From contig JBFWVL010000005.1 in the NCBI GenBank assembly GCA_050246755.1, positions 160,001 to 224,000 on the forward strand: a DNA stretch of 64,000 bases, in the 5' to 3' direction. Of the stretch, positions 9,303 through 17,704 are shown piece after piece (positions within the stretch are counted from its first letter, which is position 1; every line of letters starts with the position of its first letter). The position numbers were made by a program, and so were the translations under genes. Under the pieces are notes generated by a model. It saw only the letters and a program-made list of their open reading frames with translations, had not been told where the DNA came from and searched no databases. This stretch comes from Bacteriovoracia bacterium (GTDB lineage: Bacteria; Bdellovibrionota; UBA1018; CAIPTA01).

Positions 9303-12300
9303 TGCGCACCTGCGCAGGCTGCGGGGATTGCGAGAGCTGCCGCTTGCGCCTGAACCGCAGTCGGCATTTCTTTACAGGCAGTGGTGCGGTTCCAGATCAC
9401 GAACAGATAGCCCTTCAGTTTGCCGCTCGCTAGCCGCATGGTCTCGCGTGAATTTTTGATCGTTTCGAGCAATCCTATATTTTGTCCTTCTCGGAAACAT
9501 GAACTCGATTGAGGGTAGATCATCTGCCACTTCTCATCCGGGCCGCTCGGCATTGTATGAAGGACTTCGGCAGACAAACTCTTGATTCGCGAGGCAATCA
9601 TAAGAGCGCCGGCCATCGAAGCAGGTCCCGTGTATGTGCCGTAGCGCGGATAGAAAGTCCCCCAGCCATTGCAGGCCGGATGCGAACTGGGAGGAAGAAC
9701 ACCGATATTCGGCATCGGAGTGCCGCACATTGCGGAGTCCGATGAGTAGCTACTTCCAGGCGTGCCGGAAATGCTTGTGGCCGCGCCTGCAAGAAGACAG
9801 GCTTTCGGACTCAGGCTCCAAGCCAAGAAAAGTGGCTGGGTCAGATCACCTTTGCCAGTGTTCCAATGGCTGCCAAAGTCTTCGCTCATCCCATCGAAAC
9901 ACATTTTCTCGTTGCGCGTGCCGCCTGCTGGCATGAGCTTAAAGGTCATACTAGCGAACGGCACCGCAATCGTTCGAGCCTGGAAGCTTTGCGTATCATC
10001 ATCGGCCTCCGCGCCAAAAGGCATCGGAGTGACCTTCGAGAGCTGCGCCGCCGCTCCCGGAATGGCCGTGAAGTAGCTCGTCTTTGCCTCCGGCCAGACC
10101 TCAATGAACGTCTGAGGAACGTAGTACGAAATGAGTGCGCACGGATGCGGCGGGTATCCGCAGGTACAACCGCCAACTGCCAACTCAAGGCAGGACGAAA
10201 AGGCCGGACTACTTGCAACCGAACACACGTTCGGAATTCCTGCGGCTTGGACATTTCCGGCAAGCAGGAGTGACGCGGCTACTGCACGAGAGTTCCGAGA
10301 AAAGCTTTTGAGCCACGCCACAAAGCCTCCCTTTTTTGTTACCCGAAGCATTTCGAGAACCGTTTCGTGCTTCGTATTGACCGCCTTCAAGAAGTCGGGC
10401 TTGAGGTAAAGCTTGAGGAACTTCGTCTCGATGCCATCGAAAACTTGCGCGAACGCCTCAAAGGTTCGGAGGCGCGAAAATTCTTTGCCGGTCAGAATGT
10501 CTTCCCGGCGTGTGCCACGGCTCACGGCCTCGTTGAGACTGGAGTTCTTGGAATCGAAACCACCCGCAAGAAGATTTAGCTTCGCGGATTGCGCCGTTTC
10601 GGAAAACGAATGCGTCTGCGACTCCACATCTTCTTTTCCGGCGAGAGCTTGAAACATTTTGATCGTTTCAAGATCGGAAGAATGACAAGCAACGCGCGTC
10701 CGGAAGTTCTGCACGAGTTCAAGCGCTGGACGCTCTCTGCCGACGGTGTTCATCAAACTACTGAGCGACTGAGTTGCAACGATCACGGCAGGCTTTGATT
10801 CGCGGGCTTTAGCCATAAAGGAATCGTCTCCAAGCGTTCCTCCGCCTCCGCAGGTAACTACGTCCTGATACTCGTCAATGATGAGCGCCGAGGTTACCGG
10901 CATGTTCTTTTCTTTGAGCTCGGACAACAGATTCAACACAGCTTGCTCGTAGTGCAGCTTTATGAACGTGCCCATTGACCGCGCGAGGCCAGGCTGCTGA
11001 ATATCGAACAGTAAAATTTTTCCGCTCCGAACAAAGTCCTCCATCGAATGAATCGAAAGGTGTTCCTTGCGCGGACAGAAAATCCGACTGGCCGCAAACT
11101 CCTGAAACTGGTTCACAAAAGCAGTGCTCGTTGCCACGATTCCGGTACGAACGCGGTCTTCAAGTTGCGAGTATTCGTTCTCGAAATACTCGATGGCGCA
11201 ACCGATGTTGAACGCCTCTTCTTGCGTGAAGTTTTTCTCTTTGAGCACTTTTCGCAAATCGTCGGCCAAGTTGTTCTTCGCTGCGCGCACGATTGTTCGG
11301 TATAGATCGAGGAGCGTAAAGTATCCGTGAACCGCCGAGCAGTACGCGATGGTGTTGCGAATCAAATGGGAAGAAGACACGTCCCAAAACGGCGAATCAG
11401 ACGACTTGCCCATAAAATTCACAGCCGCGCAGCGAACCATCTCAGCGAGTGCTACAAACTTCGAGTCTTGCAGCGGATTCTCCATGAAGACTGGGTTGAA
11501 GCTTACGTTTCCCTTAAGTGAGAGTCTGACGATGCGATCCCCAAGACCGAGACGCCGGATCATATTCTCTGCTTCACGCAGGAACGTGCCTTTAGGGTCG
11601 ATGGCGAGGATCGAGGGAGGTCCCTTTGGTTCCGCGAGAAGCTGGCGAAGGTATCGCAGAATTGTGCCTTGGGTTTTCCCACTACCAATGCTTCCAGAAA
11701 TGAACACGCCACCGTGTACGCCGCGGCTAGGGATCGTTACCCATTCTTCGCGATCCTTATCTTCGACAGCTTCAAGCGCCCCGGGCGTTGTCCCTAACAC
11801 CATGTCTCCGCTTTCCTGAACAGGGCGTTCTAGCTTATGTGTGTCGGAAAGGTTGAATCGCAGGCTCCCTGCCAGCCTTAAGATCATTCGACACACGAAA
11901 TAGAACGCACCCGCCAGATTCGCAGAAAGTCCTACTTCGGCGAGCGACGTTGCGTTTGCCGAAATGAGCCGAAGAAAAAATGGAGCAAGGTCAACGACCA
12001 CGCTTCGCTTCGCCCCGAGGTACGCAACGGCTGAGAAAATTGCGGCGAGAATCTCGGCACGAGTGATAGCCCATCGCTCGGCCTTACCTTGTAGAATCTG
12101 AAGTTTGCTTCCTTGGCGTTCAAGGCCCACGCTTCGCTTCAGGAAAATTCCGAGAAAAGAAAGGTTGCAGGCGAACGCCACGACCGACCACCACCAGAAG
12201 GCACCGTGCTGCTGCAAGAGCTCTTCAACGACGAGCATCTTCGCAGGTTCAAACCGCAGGAAGTTTAGATAAACGTATCCCGCTGCTACTACGACGAATG

Positions 12301-12352
12301 CCATCACAGCAATCGAAAGCGGAACATCGTTTTGGGTCTTGGCAGTGTTCAA
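9299..12352 (-). CDS. Type IV coupling protein (TraD/VirD4-like) fused to C-terminal TraU-like domain
   Basis: N-terminal TMs, GSIGSGKT, IDPKG, PFW, IIDEYQ, ATQS. After about aa 700 a Cys-rich domain with GWGTFYPRYG, KWQMIYP, YLFVIW. Confidence 0.8.
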   Translation of the reverse strand: MNTAKTQNDVPLSIAVMAFVVVAAGYVYLNFLRFEPAKMLVVEELLQQHGAFWWWSVVAFACNLSFLGIFLKRSVGLERQGSKLQILQGKAERWAITRAEILAAIFSAVAYLGAKRSVVVDLAPFFLRLISANATSLAEVGLSANLAGAFYFVCRMILRLAGSLRFNLSDTHKLERPVQESGDMVLGTTPGALEAVEDKDREEWVTIPSRGVHGGVFISGSIGSGKTQGTILRYLRQLLAEPKGPPSILAIDPKGTFLREAENMIRRLGLGDRIVRLSLKGNVSFNPVFMENPLQDSKFVALAEMVRCAAVNFMGKSSDSPFWDVSSSHLIRNTIAYCSAVHGYFTLLDLYRTIVRAAKNNLADDLRKVLKEKNFTQEEAFNIGCAIEYFENEYSQLEDRVRTGIVATSTAFVNQFQEFAASRIFCPRKEHLSIHSMEDFVRSGKILLFDIQQPGLARSMGTFIKLHYEQAVLNLLSELKEKNMPVTSALIIDEYQDVVTCGGGGTLGDDSFMAKARESKPAVIVATQSLSSLMNTVGRERPALELVQNFRTRVACHSSDLETIKMFQALAGKEDVESQTHSFSETAQSAKLNLLAGGFDSKNSSLNEAVSRGTRREDILTGKEFSRLRTFEAFAQVFDGIETKFLKLYLKPDFLKAVNTKHETVLEMLRVTKKGGFVAWLKSFSRNSRAVAASLLLAGNVQAAGIPNVCSVASSPAFSSCLELAVGGCTCGYPPHPCALISYYVPQTFIEVWPEAKTSYFTAIPGAAAQLSKVTPMPFGAEADDDTQSFQARTIAVPFASMTFKLMPAGGTRNEKMCFDGMSEDFGSHWNTGKGDLTQPLFLAWSLSPKACLLAGAATSISGTPGSSYSSDSAMCGTPMPNIGVLPPSSHPACNGWGTFYPRYGTYTGPASMAGALMIASRIKSLSAEVLHTMPSGPDEKWQMIYPQSSSCFREGQNIGLLETIKNSRETMRLASGKLKGYLFVIWNRTTACKEMPTAVQAQAAALAIPAACAGAQ

Positions 12353-12366
12353 TCAAATTCCTTTCT

Positions 12367-12411
12367 AAAAAACCCACCTCGGAGGCCGGGGGAAACTGCC
12401 CCCGAGGTGGG
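12367..12411 (-). terminator. Intrinsic terminator-like hairpin between lipoprotein gene and T4CP gene
   Basis: CCCACCTCGG...CCGAGGTGGG stem followed by T6 on the minus strand. Confidence 0.55.
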
Positions 12412-12431
12412 AAACACAGGAGGAAGAAAGA

Positions 12432-13445
12432 TCAGCGGTAGGTATCGGTCAGGTCGTCGGTAATAAGATCGCTAGGATAGAACTTCATCGAGACGGACTT
12501 TCCCATCATCGGAAGCGAATACGCCTTATCATTCGTGAACACAGTGAGATCACGAGTGAAGCGAAGAGTAGCCTCGTCATCGCCGAATCCCAGGTTCAGA
12601 ACGCCGTTGTACAGTTTGAGCGAACCGTTCACTCGGCTCCAGTAACCCGTGTCGATAATGTACGTCGTTACGAATCCCACGGTTGGCGCAGCTCCTTGCG
12701 CCACGATCGCGTATGAGCCGTCATTCTGAAGAATGAGGCGCATGTTCTTGATGAAGAATCCGTTGACGTAAATCTGCTGGTCTGAGTAGAGAGCGTTCAG
12801 TTGGATCGTCGAGCGGTCCGCACGCGCTTGAAACTTCTGGAACTCTCCAAGAGTGTCTTCCGGATTCGGGCACGTCTCACGCTCAGACTTGATCGCCGAA
12901 GTAGACCAAACCATGTGGCCCATAACCATGCGTCCACCAAGACCAGGGCTCATCATATCCTTCTTGTAAAGGATGTTCGCCTGAATCCGCTTATCGACCT
13001 CTCGACCGACAATCTCCATTACGTCGCCGAGAACGAGCTTCCCGTTCACTTGAGAGTAGTTTCCGGACACCACGCGCGATTTCATTTTCTTGTAGGCGTA
13101 ACCGCTGTCGGTGTACTTCAGGATGTATTTCTCGGTAATCTCCACTTCGAAACGCTTGTTCGGATAGAGCAGAATTCGCGAATCGACCATCACGTCCTGG
13201 CCGTCTCGCTGACCGATCACCACGTCGTCGGCAGTCAGGAGCTTGAAATAGAATCCTTGCTGTCCGCAGACTCCGCTCGTGTCGTAGAGGAAGCGGTTGT
13301 AGTCGAATGCTACGACGGGCTTCGGTTGATTCCCGGAATCGTCCGGCACGCCGACGCCACCGACGGTCTCGCTGGATTCGACTCTACCTGAGCACGCTGC
13401 GAGGGTGAGGGCCATCATCAAGAGGGCTGTGATCTTGAACTTCAT
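12432..13445 (-). CDS. Lipoprotein of unknown function with two similar beta-rich domains
   Basis: Lipobox LAAC and RBS AAGGA. 337 aa. Confidence 0.8.
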   Translation of the reverse strand: MKFKITALLMMALTLAACSGRVESSETVGGVGVPDDSGNQPKPVVAFDYNRFLYDTSGVCGQQGFYFKLLTADDVVIGQRDGQDVMVDSRILLYPNKRFEVEITEKYILKYTDSGYAYKKMKSRVVSGNYSQVNGKLVLGDVMEIVGREVDKRIQANILYKKDMMSPGLGGRMVMGHMVWSTSAIKSERETCPNPEDTLGEFQKFQARADRSTIQLNALYSDQQIYVNGFFIKNMRLILQNDGSYAIVAQGAAPTVGFVTTYIIDTGYWSRVNGSLKLYNGVLNLGFGDDEATLRFTRDLTVFTNDKAYSLPMMGKSVSMKFYPSDLITDDLTDTYR

Positions 13446-13594
13446 ATCAGTTGTTCCTTTCAGATTCGTTGTTGTTGAAAAATGCCTTCAAACAAATCAT
13501 CGCGCGCACAAGGCGCACCGTTTGGCGCACGAGTGAGCGATTGCGCTGGCGCTCGGCGTCCGAAATCTTGTCGAGGACCCTTTGGAGTTGCGTC

Positions 13595-13858
13595 TCAATC
13601 GCCTGATCCATCGCGCGCCTCCTTTTGCTTCCTCGGCCCCGCGAAGCGCTCTGGACTCATGTAGCTTTTCTTGCGGGGCCAGTCTTCGACCCCTTGAAAG
13701 CGGCCGTCGTGGAAGATGAACCGGAAGCTGCCGAAGAGAAGGCCGCTGCCGGTTTCACGCGTATGCTGCGCCTGAAGCCGAGCGGCGGCCTCTTCCAGAA
13801 TTCGCGAATCTGGAATTTGGGCGAGCGTCGTGGAATCGTGTTTTGAATCCATATTCAA
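13595..13858 (-). CDS. Small hypothetical protein
   Basis: RBS AAGGAG. Co-oriented with neighbours. Confidence 0.55.
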   Translation of the reverse strand: MNMDSKHDSTTLAQIPDSRILEEAAARLQAQHTRETGSGLLFGSFRFIFHDGRFQGVEDWPRKKSYMSPERFAGPRKQKEARDGSGD

Positions 13859-14040
13859 ACTCCTTGTCGGGCGAGCATCTGTTCGAGAACTCCGATTTCA
13901 AACGCAAGCTCACGGTTTGCAGCCAATTCCTTTACCGAGATCATTCCGTACCATTTGCGAAACTCGCGCTTCAGCACCGCCAAAGCAGATCGCAGACAGT
14001 AGTTAGAAAACCTTTTCGACTTGCTGTTCATAAGCGCACC

Positions 14041-14247
14041 TCAGAAATGACCGATAAGTCGCATCGCCTTGACACGATTTTGTTCGATATATTCCTGCTC
14101 AGGGGGCGCCGTAAAAATTGCGGTCAGGAGCCACCCAATCGGCCTCCAAACAGCAACGATCACCACTTTCACAGTCCTGGCTATCGCCTTCACTTCCAGG
14201 TACAGATTCGGTCGGTTCTGAACTACGAACGGTAGAATCTCTTGCAT
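14041..14247 (-). CDS. Small hypothetical protein
   Basis: RBS AAGGAG before ATG. 68 aa. Confidence 0.55.
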   Translation of the reverse strand: MQEILPFVVQNRPNLYLEVKAIARTVKVVIVAVWRPIGWLLTAIFTAPPEQEYIEQNRVKAMRLIGHF

Positions 14248-14266
14248 GACTATCTCCTTGAGTTTG

Positions 14267-14488
14267 TTAAACAGCGGCTCCGAGCGCGTATTCTTTCTCT
14301 CTGGGAAGAATCTCGCTCACGATTGATTTTGGTTTCACGGTCTTGAGAGCTGCGAGTGCCCAATCGGGAACAGCGCAGAGCTCTTCGGAGTGGGTCTCGT
14401 CATAGTTGCAGTTCACACAAAAGGCGTGAGTGCTGAATCTTTCCAAACCACGCTCACCACAACGGGGGCACATACAGAACTTGTTCAT
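14267..14488 (-). CDS. Small zinc-ribbon protein
   Basis: CPRCG...CVNCNY and RBS GAGGAG. Confidence 0.65.
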   Translation of the reverse strand: MNKFCMCPRCGERGLERFSTHAFCVNCNYDETHSEELCAVPDWALAALKTVKPKSIVSEILPREKEYALGAAV

Positions 14489-14544
14489 GGGAATCTCCTC
14501 TCTCTGAGAGGAAGGTTTCCAGTTGCTCCTCTCACAAATATAAA

Positions 14545-14561
14545 TTGCAAGAAGATGCCCG
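14545..14561 (-). promoter_or_regulatory. Possible sigma54 promoter for the small-gene/transfer region
   Basis: CGGGCATCTTCTTGCAA fits GG-N10-GC with a good TTGCA, but the -24 element is non-canonical. Confidence 0.35.
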
Positions 14562-14636
14562 AAATGGTCACAGCAGATAAATAGTGGGATTGCTGAAGGA
14601 ATCCGTAATCTCGGAAAAAACGAACTTTCTTAAATG

Positions 14637-14755
14637 GTCTATCTAAATAGACCCGAGTCTTTTGAAATAGACCCGCGCCAGATTTTCTGGCTCAGGTCTT
14701 CGCTGCTGCGATCTGGATAAAGGGATCTTAGAGAAATGAGTCTACAAAAACAGAC
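14637..14755. promoter_or_regulatory. Three GTCT-N8-AGAC palindromic sites (putative enhancer/UAS)
   Basis: 14637-14652 GTCTATCTAAATAGAC, 14657-14672 GTCTTTTGAAATAGAC, 14740-14755 GTCTACAAAAACAGAC. Confidence 0.65.
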
Positions 14756-14773
14756 TCGGGGTACGCGAACGCG

Positions 14774-15802
14774 TTAGCGTGCTGCGGAACTGAATGTCCT
14801 GCCGCCGAGAGACGCGGAAACTTCGCTTCCTCGAACTTGAACGGAGAAATCCGAATTGGATAGGGAGCATCCTTTGTCATTACTCAATAGCTTCGCAATG
14901 TAGAGGAAGCCTGTGGGCATCAGCGACGCGATTCGCCCTGAATTTAAAAGCTCCGAGACTAAAGACGCTTCACGGGCCGCGCCCTTCTCGAAAACAGCCG
15001 GAAGAGTCACGGGCAAGTAGTTGTCGTGCTGGTCTGAATAGGCATGAACCTGCGCTTCACCTACGAACTTAAAGAAATAGGGAACGTCACCTCGTCCGAG
15101 TTGCTCGACCTCGGAATCAAAAAGCGGAATTTCGGGTGGCTTCTGAAAAGCTAAGCGGTAGTGGATTGTATCTCTTAAGATATGGCGAATCGGAATCTTC
15201 TTGAACGTAGCTTGCTGGTCTTCGAACACGCGCTGTATCCCCGCAAGGTTCGAAGTGATGCACGAAAGTACGTCATAGTAACCGCGAAGAACAATCTCGA
15301 TTTGCTCAGAAGAAACAATCGCAAGGCTCAATATTGACGAAGCACCGCAGAGGTCGGCGTCGACTTCCTTAAACGGCAGTAAAAGCGTCTCATGCGGAAG
15401 CAGCAAGCGGGAAAGAACCACTTCAGCATCAACGACTTGAATGTGCGTCTCCGTCTTTACCACGTTATTTCTGTGCAAGTCGCGGATTCCGAAAACATAG
15501 CAGTATCCGAGGAGCACACCGAGACTGTACAAATGGGAGCCTGTACTTGGACCCATAGACGCGCGCACTTCCCGGGAAGACCCCTTGAAGTCAGCGCCCA
15601 TCTCTATTTCGAGATTGAAAATCGTCTGCGCAGGGGAAGCTGAGAACGTCGAATTTTTGAAGAAAAATGAGAGTGGACTGTCCTTACCAAAGAACAGCCA
15701 CTCCCAATAGATTGGGCGAGGTTTCTGAAAGATCATTTCAGAACCCCGTCCTATCTTTTGGACCGATTGTCCAAAATTATGGAAATCAGCCTCGAACTTC
15801 AT
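14774..15802 (-). CDS. Stand-alone LanM-type dehydratase domain (DUF4135)
   Basis: DFHNFG, KPR, DLHRNN, VDAE, LLP, RHILRDTIHY and GDVPYF match the LanM kinase/elimination motifs. No LanC cyclase domain. Confidence 0.85.
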   Translation of the reverse strand: MKFEADFHNFGQSVQKIGRGSEMIFQKPRPIYWEWLFFGKDSPLSFFFKNSTFSASPAQTIFNLEIEMGADFKGSSREVRASMGPSTGSHLYSLGVLLGYCYVFGIRDLHRNNVVKTETHIQVVDAEVVLSRLLLPHETLLLPFKEVDADLCGASSILSLAIVSSEQIEIVLRGYYDVLSCITSNLAGIQRVFEDQQATFKKIPIRHILRDTIHYRLAFQKPPEIPLFDSEVEQLGRGDVPYFFKFVGEAQVHAYSDQHDNYLPVTLPAVFEKGAAREASLVSELLNSGRIASLMPTGFLYIAKLLSNDKGCSLSNSDFSVQVRGSEVSASLGGRTFSSAAR

Positions 15803-15808
15803 TGGCAG

Positions 15809-15889
15809 TTAGTTTGAGCTACTGCCAGAGATGTAAGAGTCTGCTTCGGCCTCAAGTGCCGCCAGATTAATTACGATTTGCTCTTGCAT
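15809..15889 (-). CDS. Putative RiPP/autoinducer precursor peptide MQEQIVINLAALEAEADSYISGSSSN (26 aa; not in ORF track)
   Basis: AAGGAG RBS 5 nt before ATG. Fills the gap between the kinase stop and the DUF4135 start (6 nt after TAA). Ser-rich C-terminus. Confidence 0.8.
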   Translation of the reverse strand: MQEQIVINLAALEAEADSYISGSSSN

Positions 15890-15910
15890 GGTCTCTCCTT
15901 TCTTTCTTGT

Positions 15911-17704
15911 TTAGATAACACCCAGAAAGGAAGCCTTTTCAGGCTGCCCCCCACTAATAACCGGTACAATTCCTAAATAGTCTTTCGACAGCCAACGCAC
16001 TCCGAGGCGGTTTGTCCGACTTCGTACTTCAGCGTTTTCCGCCATGCCCGAAATTAAGATACTTTCAAAAGACAGGCCAAATCTCTCGATCAAATCGAGT
16101 CCGCTCGCGTCCTCATCCTTCAAATCACAATCGAACAGATAAAGTCTTTCGCCGAATTCTCCATGACCATTGGCTTCAATCCAATTGGTGAACGCCTCCA
16201 CTGAGGAGAGGTGAACTACTTCTGAAGGTATGGTTCCGAGCTCAGATAGCCTTCGCTGCCAGAGCGAATGAATCAGCGAGTCGTCATCTACAATGACAAC
16301 CTTCCCCTTGGCGGGAAGTTCAACGCAGTCCAGGAAGAGGTCTACTTTCCTAGAAAGTGGAATTCTCACCGCGACAGTTGTTCCTTCACCGATGGAAGAC
16401 TCAATTTGAATTGAGCCTCCAACCTTTTGCAGAACTTCTTTCGCATGGGTGAGCCCAATGCCGTTGCCGTGAGGTTTGCCAAAAGTAATCCTCTCGCTAA
16501 GAAGTTTCGAAAGAACTTCCTGCGGAATTCCTGTTCCATTGTCCTTAAAACGTATTTCCAAAGTCTCTTCGACTTTAGTTCCCGCTATGGTAATTCGTCC
16601 GCCTGTCCCAATGGCCTCGAAAGCATTGTCCAGGATCGTTGCGAACACCGTTTCGAGATCGCCGAGTGTCATGGCGCAAAATGAACCGAAGAACGCAGAT
16701 TCGTTTACGAACTCAACAGACGCTCGGAGGCTGGCGTACTGCGCCCGCTTTGAATCAGAAACGGTTTTGATTGTAGATAAAATGTGAATCGGCTCTTGGG
16801 TGGAAATCGATTCCGCCAAAACATTCGCGGCGGAGCTGCGATTCAACAAGCTGCCCGAAACGTCCTTTAAAGATGCAACGCAATCATTTAGGCTACGCTT
16901 GTCCTTCAACGAAAGATTCGGGATTTCATTGATTCTTAGCTGGAGAGTCGCAATCACGCCCTTAATAGCGTGTGCAACTTGCTCAGCCAGAGCCAAACGC
17001 AACTTATCCATTCCGACTGTTGCTAGATTCCTTTCCAGAACGACAATCTGCTTTAGTAACGTGGAAATCGAAGTAGTCAGCTCCTCAATCTCAAGAATTT
17101 GCGAGCGAGCGACTGGAGGCTCCTGTGCATGAGCAGAGTCAGGAAGCCCTTTTGCTACAAATTTGAGCCACTGAATTCGATTTTCGAGCGGTCCAATTAC
17201 CAGGTTGATGGTCATTCGTCTCATCCACCACATCAAAACCAGGAATACGCATCCAATGAACAGCGCAATCGAGGCAAGCAGTAGAACTCCGGATTGGATG
17301 AAACTCGCCAGGCTGACCTCTACGATGATCGAAAGCATCTGACCGGAGGGAAGGGGCGTTGTCTCTTCCACTCGCGAATGGAAAATTCCGAAGGGCTGCA
17401 ATTGCCCAGCATGGCTAATCAGCTTGCCGTCGAGTGAAATGTCCACGCGTAAATCCAAGTCTTGGGTCTCTTTCCACGTTTGTGTGAATCGCGCGATCTC
17501 CTTGTCGATCTCGTTCACGTTCTGGGAGTTCACGCCTGCTTCGGCCAACGCCGCAACATGATTGGTTACGAATCGCATTGCTTGGGTTTCTGTCTTCTTC
17601 AGCGAGTAAACGGAGTATGCGAGCAAAGCCAAGCCCGCAGCCCCAAGGCTCAGGGCCAGGCCGCGTTTTAGAATGCTGAGAATGACAGAGTAGATCGAGG
17701 TCAT
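15911..17704 (-). CDS. Hybrid sensor histidine kinase (2 TM, HATPase, C-terminal receiver)
   Basis: QVAHAIKG H-box, DNAFEA, DNGTG, GNGIGL. Receiver VDDD...D...SG...K. Confidence 0.9.
   Translation of the reverse strand: MTSIYSVILSILKRGLALSLGAAGLALLAYSVYSLKKTETQAMRFVTNHVAALAEAGVNSQNVNEIDKEIARFTQTWKETQDLDLRVDISLDGKLISHAGQLQPFGIFHSRVEETTPLPSGQMLSIIVEVSLASFIQSGVLLLASIALFIGCVFLVLMWWMRRMTINLVIGPLENRIQWLKFVAKGLPDSAHAQEPPVARSQILEIEELTTSISTLLKQIVVLERNLATVGMDKLRLALAEQVAHAIKGVIATLQLRINEIPNLSLKDKRSLNDCVASLKDVSGSLLNRSSAANVLAESISTQEPIHILSTIKTVSDSKRAQYASLRASVEFVNESAFFGSFCAMTLGDLETVFATILDNAFEAIGTGGRITIAGTKVEETLEIRFKDNGTGIPQEVLSKLLSERITFGKPHGNGIGLTHAKEVLQKVGGSIQIESSIGEGTTVAVRIPLSRKVDLFLDCVELPAKGKVVIVDDDSLIHSLWQRRLSELGTIPSEVVHLSSVEAFTNWIEANGHGEFGERLYLFDCDLKDEDASGLDLIERFGLSFESILISGMAENAEVRSRTNRLGVRWLSKDYLGIVPVISGGQPEKASFLGVI

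Noticed and set aside
14637-14675. Mini CRISPR array or iterons from the AAATAGACCCG repeats
   Set aside because: Only two copies at a 20-bp period with no spacers and no cas or rep genes; better explained as protein-binding palindromes.
14774-15889. Classical class II lanthipeptide (lantibiotic) cluster
   Set aside because: No LanC cyclase domain, no Cys in the peptide, and no LanT/LanP or immunity genes.
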